Source: a virus (Duplodnaviria > Heunggongvirae > Uroviricota > Caudoviricetes). Taken from it: a stretch of DNA of 40,176 nt. A program made the translations under genes and the position numbers. The notes under the pieces are model-generated. The model was given only the letters and a program-made list of their open reading frames with translations. It was not told where the DNA came from and did not search any database. Below, one piece after another: positions 38,646-40,176 of the stretch. The stretch is from the IMG/VR virus record IMGVR_UViG_2698536646_000014; one strand, given 5' to 3'. Every line of letters starts with the position of its first letter. Within the stretch, counting starts at the first letter, position 1.

Positions 38646-38927
38646 ATGAATACCTTGTTTTTACTGATGGCTGAATTCAATACCCCAAACATTGAACTCT
38701 CAGCAGTTAGTCAAAAATACTTTGGTATGAGTCCAGCCACAGCAGAAGCAAAAGCAAACGCTTGTAAGTTGCCTGTACCTACATATCGCATCGGTACATC
38801 ACAAAAAGCAAAACGTTGCATCAATATTCAGGATCTTGCGGAATACATAGACAAAAGACGAGAAGAAGGACGTATCGAGTGGGAACAGGTCAGAACAGGC
38901 AAACAGAAGGGCAAAGAACATCACTAA
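38646..38927 (+). CDS. PrtN-like transcriptional activator (pyocin-activator family)
   Basis: 93-aa ORF MNTLFLLMAEFNTPNIELSAVSQKYFGMSPATAEAKANACKLPVPTYRIGTSQKAKRCINIQDLAEYIDKRREEG; GGAGA RBS. Confidence 0.6.
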   Translation: MNTLFLLMAEFNTPNIELSAVSQKYFGMSPATAEAKANACKLPVPTYRIGTSQKAKRCINIQDLAEYIDKRREEGRIEWEQVRTGKQKGKEHH

Positions 38928-38929
38928 AG

Positions 38930-38956
38930 AAAAAACCCGCCTAAAGGCGGGTTTTC
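38930..38956. terminator. bidirectional intrinsic terminator between convergent operons
   Basis: aaaaaacccgcc-taaa-ggcgggtttt. Confidence 0.75.
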
Positions 38957-38974
38957 AAAAAGCACCAGCTATGA

Positions 38975-39148
38975 TCATGCTGCTTTGCGACGACGAAGCT
39001 TACCCTGCTGCTCTTTACCAGAGACAGTAGCGTGAGTGAACGCATTAGGAGCAGCCTTCATCAGAACTTCAACAGCAGCACCCATACCTGCGAATGCTTT
39101 CATTGTGTCGAACTTAACCTGTGGCTTGGTTGCTTTTTGATCTTCCAT
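38975..39148 (-). CDS. small basic protein (57 aa), not in ORF track
   Basis: ATG preceded by GGAG at 8 nt; translation MEDQKATKPQVKFDTMKAFAGMGAAVEVLMKAAPNAFTHATVSGKEQQGKLRRRKAA; ends 2 bp before the bidirectional terminator. Confidence 0.4.
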   Translation of the reverse strand: MEDQKATKPQVKFDTMKAFAGMGAAVEVLMKAAPNAFTHATVSGKEQQGKLRRRKAA

Positions 39149-39187
39149 AGAAAACTCCAGAAGCTATACCGAAACAATTCCTGTTGT

Positions 39188-39607
39188 TTACTCATCATCA
39201 ATAGATGATACGCAATATTTATTTTTAAATTTAAGGTTCTTTGGCGTAACTTCATCAGATATATCAAAACCGTCCAGAATTCTATTGAATGTAGCTTCTG
39301 GCATATCATCATGAACGGAAATCTCACCCGATCGCTGCTTTCTAACCATGTTATCCACTCGCCAAATTATAGCTTCAGCGTAAACAACATAACTTGGATG
39401 CTTGATAAAGCGATGATCACCAGAATTCAAGACGCAAGACGGATCGTGGGGGACACCATCCTTGATACTAGAAATATTAACAACTAAAACACAATAACAA
39501 TCGTTAACGGGGTAATAAACAGGATCATTACAAATCACATGAAGATGATTGCATGGCCCAGTTGGGGCAAGCACAGTTCCTTTCCTGTATGGCTGATAAT
39601 CCGTCAT
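39188..39607 (-). CDS. 139-aa protein of unknown function; candidate toxin/effector partner of the upstream Panacea-domain gene
   Basis: ATG overlaps the upstream gene stop (ATGA); no membrane segment; several Cys/His; no family recognised. Confidence 0.55.
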   Translation of the reverse strand: MTDYQPYRKGTVLAPTGPCNHLHVICNDPVYYPVNDCYCVLVVNISSIKDGVPHDPSCVLNSGDHRFIKHPSYVVYAEAIIWRVDNMVRKQRSGEISVHDDMPEATFNRILDGFDISDEVTPKNLKFKNKYCVSSIDDE

Positions 39608-40176
39608 GATAATTGCAAAGAAAATTCCTTAAGTTTCTGAGATTCTTCCATTTTGCCAATTATACGATTAGCCTCATCCTCGCTTTTACCCTCACTGATC
39701 AGCATTTCTTTCAGGTCTATAGGCTTACGAGAATTGCCAGGATTGTGCCACTCTGGACAAACGCTTTCTAAATGCGTCATGTTTGCGAGATCAAATCGGT
39801 TCATATGCCCATACAGAGAATAGATTTCATCTAAAATCCGGATATCTGCACGGCTCAACTCATCAAAGACCTCGTCTGCATCCATTTCCCTCGGATCTGA
39901 ACGCAACAACACATCATGCCCGTTCGTCTCTATCAGGTTGTACCAGTAGTCACCAATACCTTCAGCCTTACCACGAATCAAGTTCAGCGTATTCGACATG
40001 ACTGGACCAAATTTCATAGAGTAAAGGCTATCTTCGCCGATCATCCTGCCATGCTTCAAAATCGACTTGCGGTTAGACAGATAGAGCAGCTTCATCAATT
40101 TCAGATATGCCATGCGCCCACCTCGCTTAAGAAGTAGGTATGCAGCCATTTGAGCTACTTTTTCTTCGCAAAACAT
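39604..40176 (-). CDS. Panacea-domain (DUF4065) protein, putative PanA-type antitoxin; ORF reaches the window edge
   Basis: N-terminal signature ...AAYLLLKRGGRMAYLKLMKLLYLSNRKS...YSMKFGPV (KLqKLLY...GPV pattern). First in-window codon is ATG at 40174-40176, so true start could lie beyond the window. Confidence 0.6.
   Translation of the reverse strand: MFCEEKVAQMAAYLLLKRGGRMAYLKLMKLLYLSNRKSILKHGRMIGEDSLYSMKFGPVMSNTLNLIRGKAEGIGDYWYNLIETNGHDVLLRSDPREMDADEVFDELSRADIRILDEIYSLYGHMNRFDLANMTHLESVCPEWHNPGNSRKPIDLKEMLISEGKSEDEANRIIGKMEESQKLKEFSLQLS

Larger units (their letters stand above)
1..40176 (-). mobile_element. lambdoid prophage, internal segment (tail, head, cos, lysis, Q, nin, replication, immunity, early-left regions); ends not in window
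   Basis: Colinear lambda-like gene order; many predicted proteins near-identical to phage lambda tail proteins; cos-like site; CI/Cro divergent pair. Confidence 0.95.

Noticed and set aside
1-40176. CRISPR array, rRNA, or transposase/IS element
   Set aside because: No regularly spaced short direct repeats with unique spacers, no rRNA-like sequence, and no transposase-like ORF with terminal inverted repeats; the only repeats are the stf tandem repeat, the iterons, the duplicated terminator and the gap-flanking duplication.

Overview
This window is about 40 kb of a lambdoid prophage (E. coli-like host); neither integrase nor att sites are inside it. Most genes run on the minus strand in canonical lambda order. 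From high to low coordinate: a Panacea-type TA-like operon, a PrtN-like gene, an AT-rich membrane-protein gene, YfdQ/YfdP-like genes, a pL-like promoter and a CI-type S24 repressor (these last five on the plus strand); then Cro-like and YdaT-like genes, a replication initiator with internal iterons, a nin-like block (Dam-like methylase, LexA-DBD-like, RusA, KilA-N, DUF968), Q with pR'/tR', a late-region moron (lipoprotein, 350-aa DNA methyltransferase), a phage-21-type lysis cassette, cos, terminase, portal, a ClpP-like protease/capsid fusion, and a tail module near-identical to lambda (Z, U, V, G/T, H, M, L, K, I, J, lom, stf, tfa). The tail genes are recognised by direct recall of lambda protein sequences; most other calls rest on motif-level recognition and are less certain. 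Three N-run scaffold gaps (1067-1570, 4089-4153, 25298-42) and a single N at 7565 interrupt stf, the holin and J. CDS coordinates come from the supplied ORF track (stop codon included) with starts trimmed by residue offset; regulatory-site coordinates were read by eye and are approximate (a few bp). The most interesting candidates for an undescribed system are the Panacea-domain gene with an overlapping unrecognised 139-aa partner (39188-40176) and the AT-rich single gene for a membrane-anchored protein (37815-38609). No rRNA, tRNA or CRISPR array was found.
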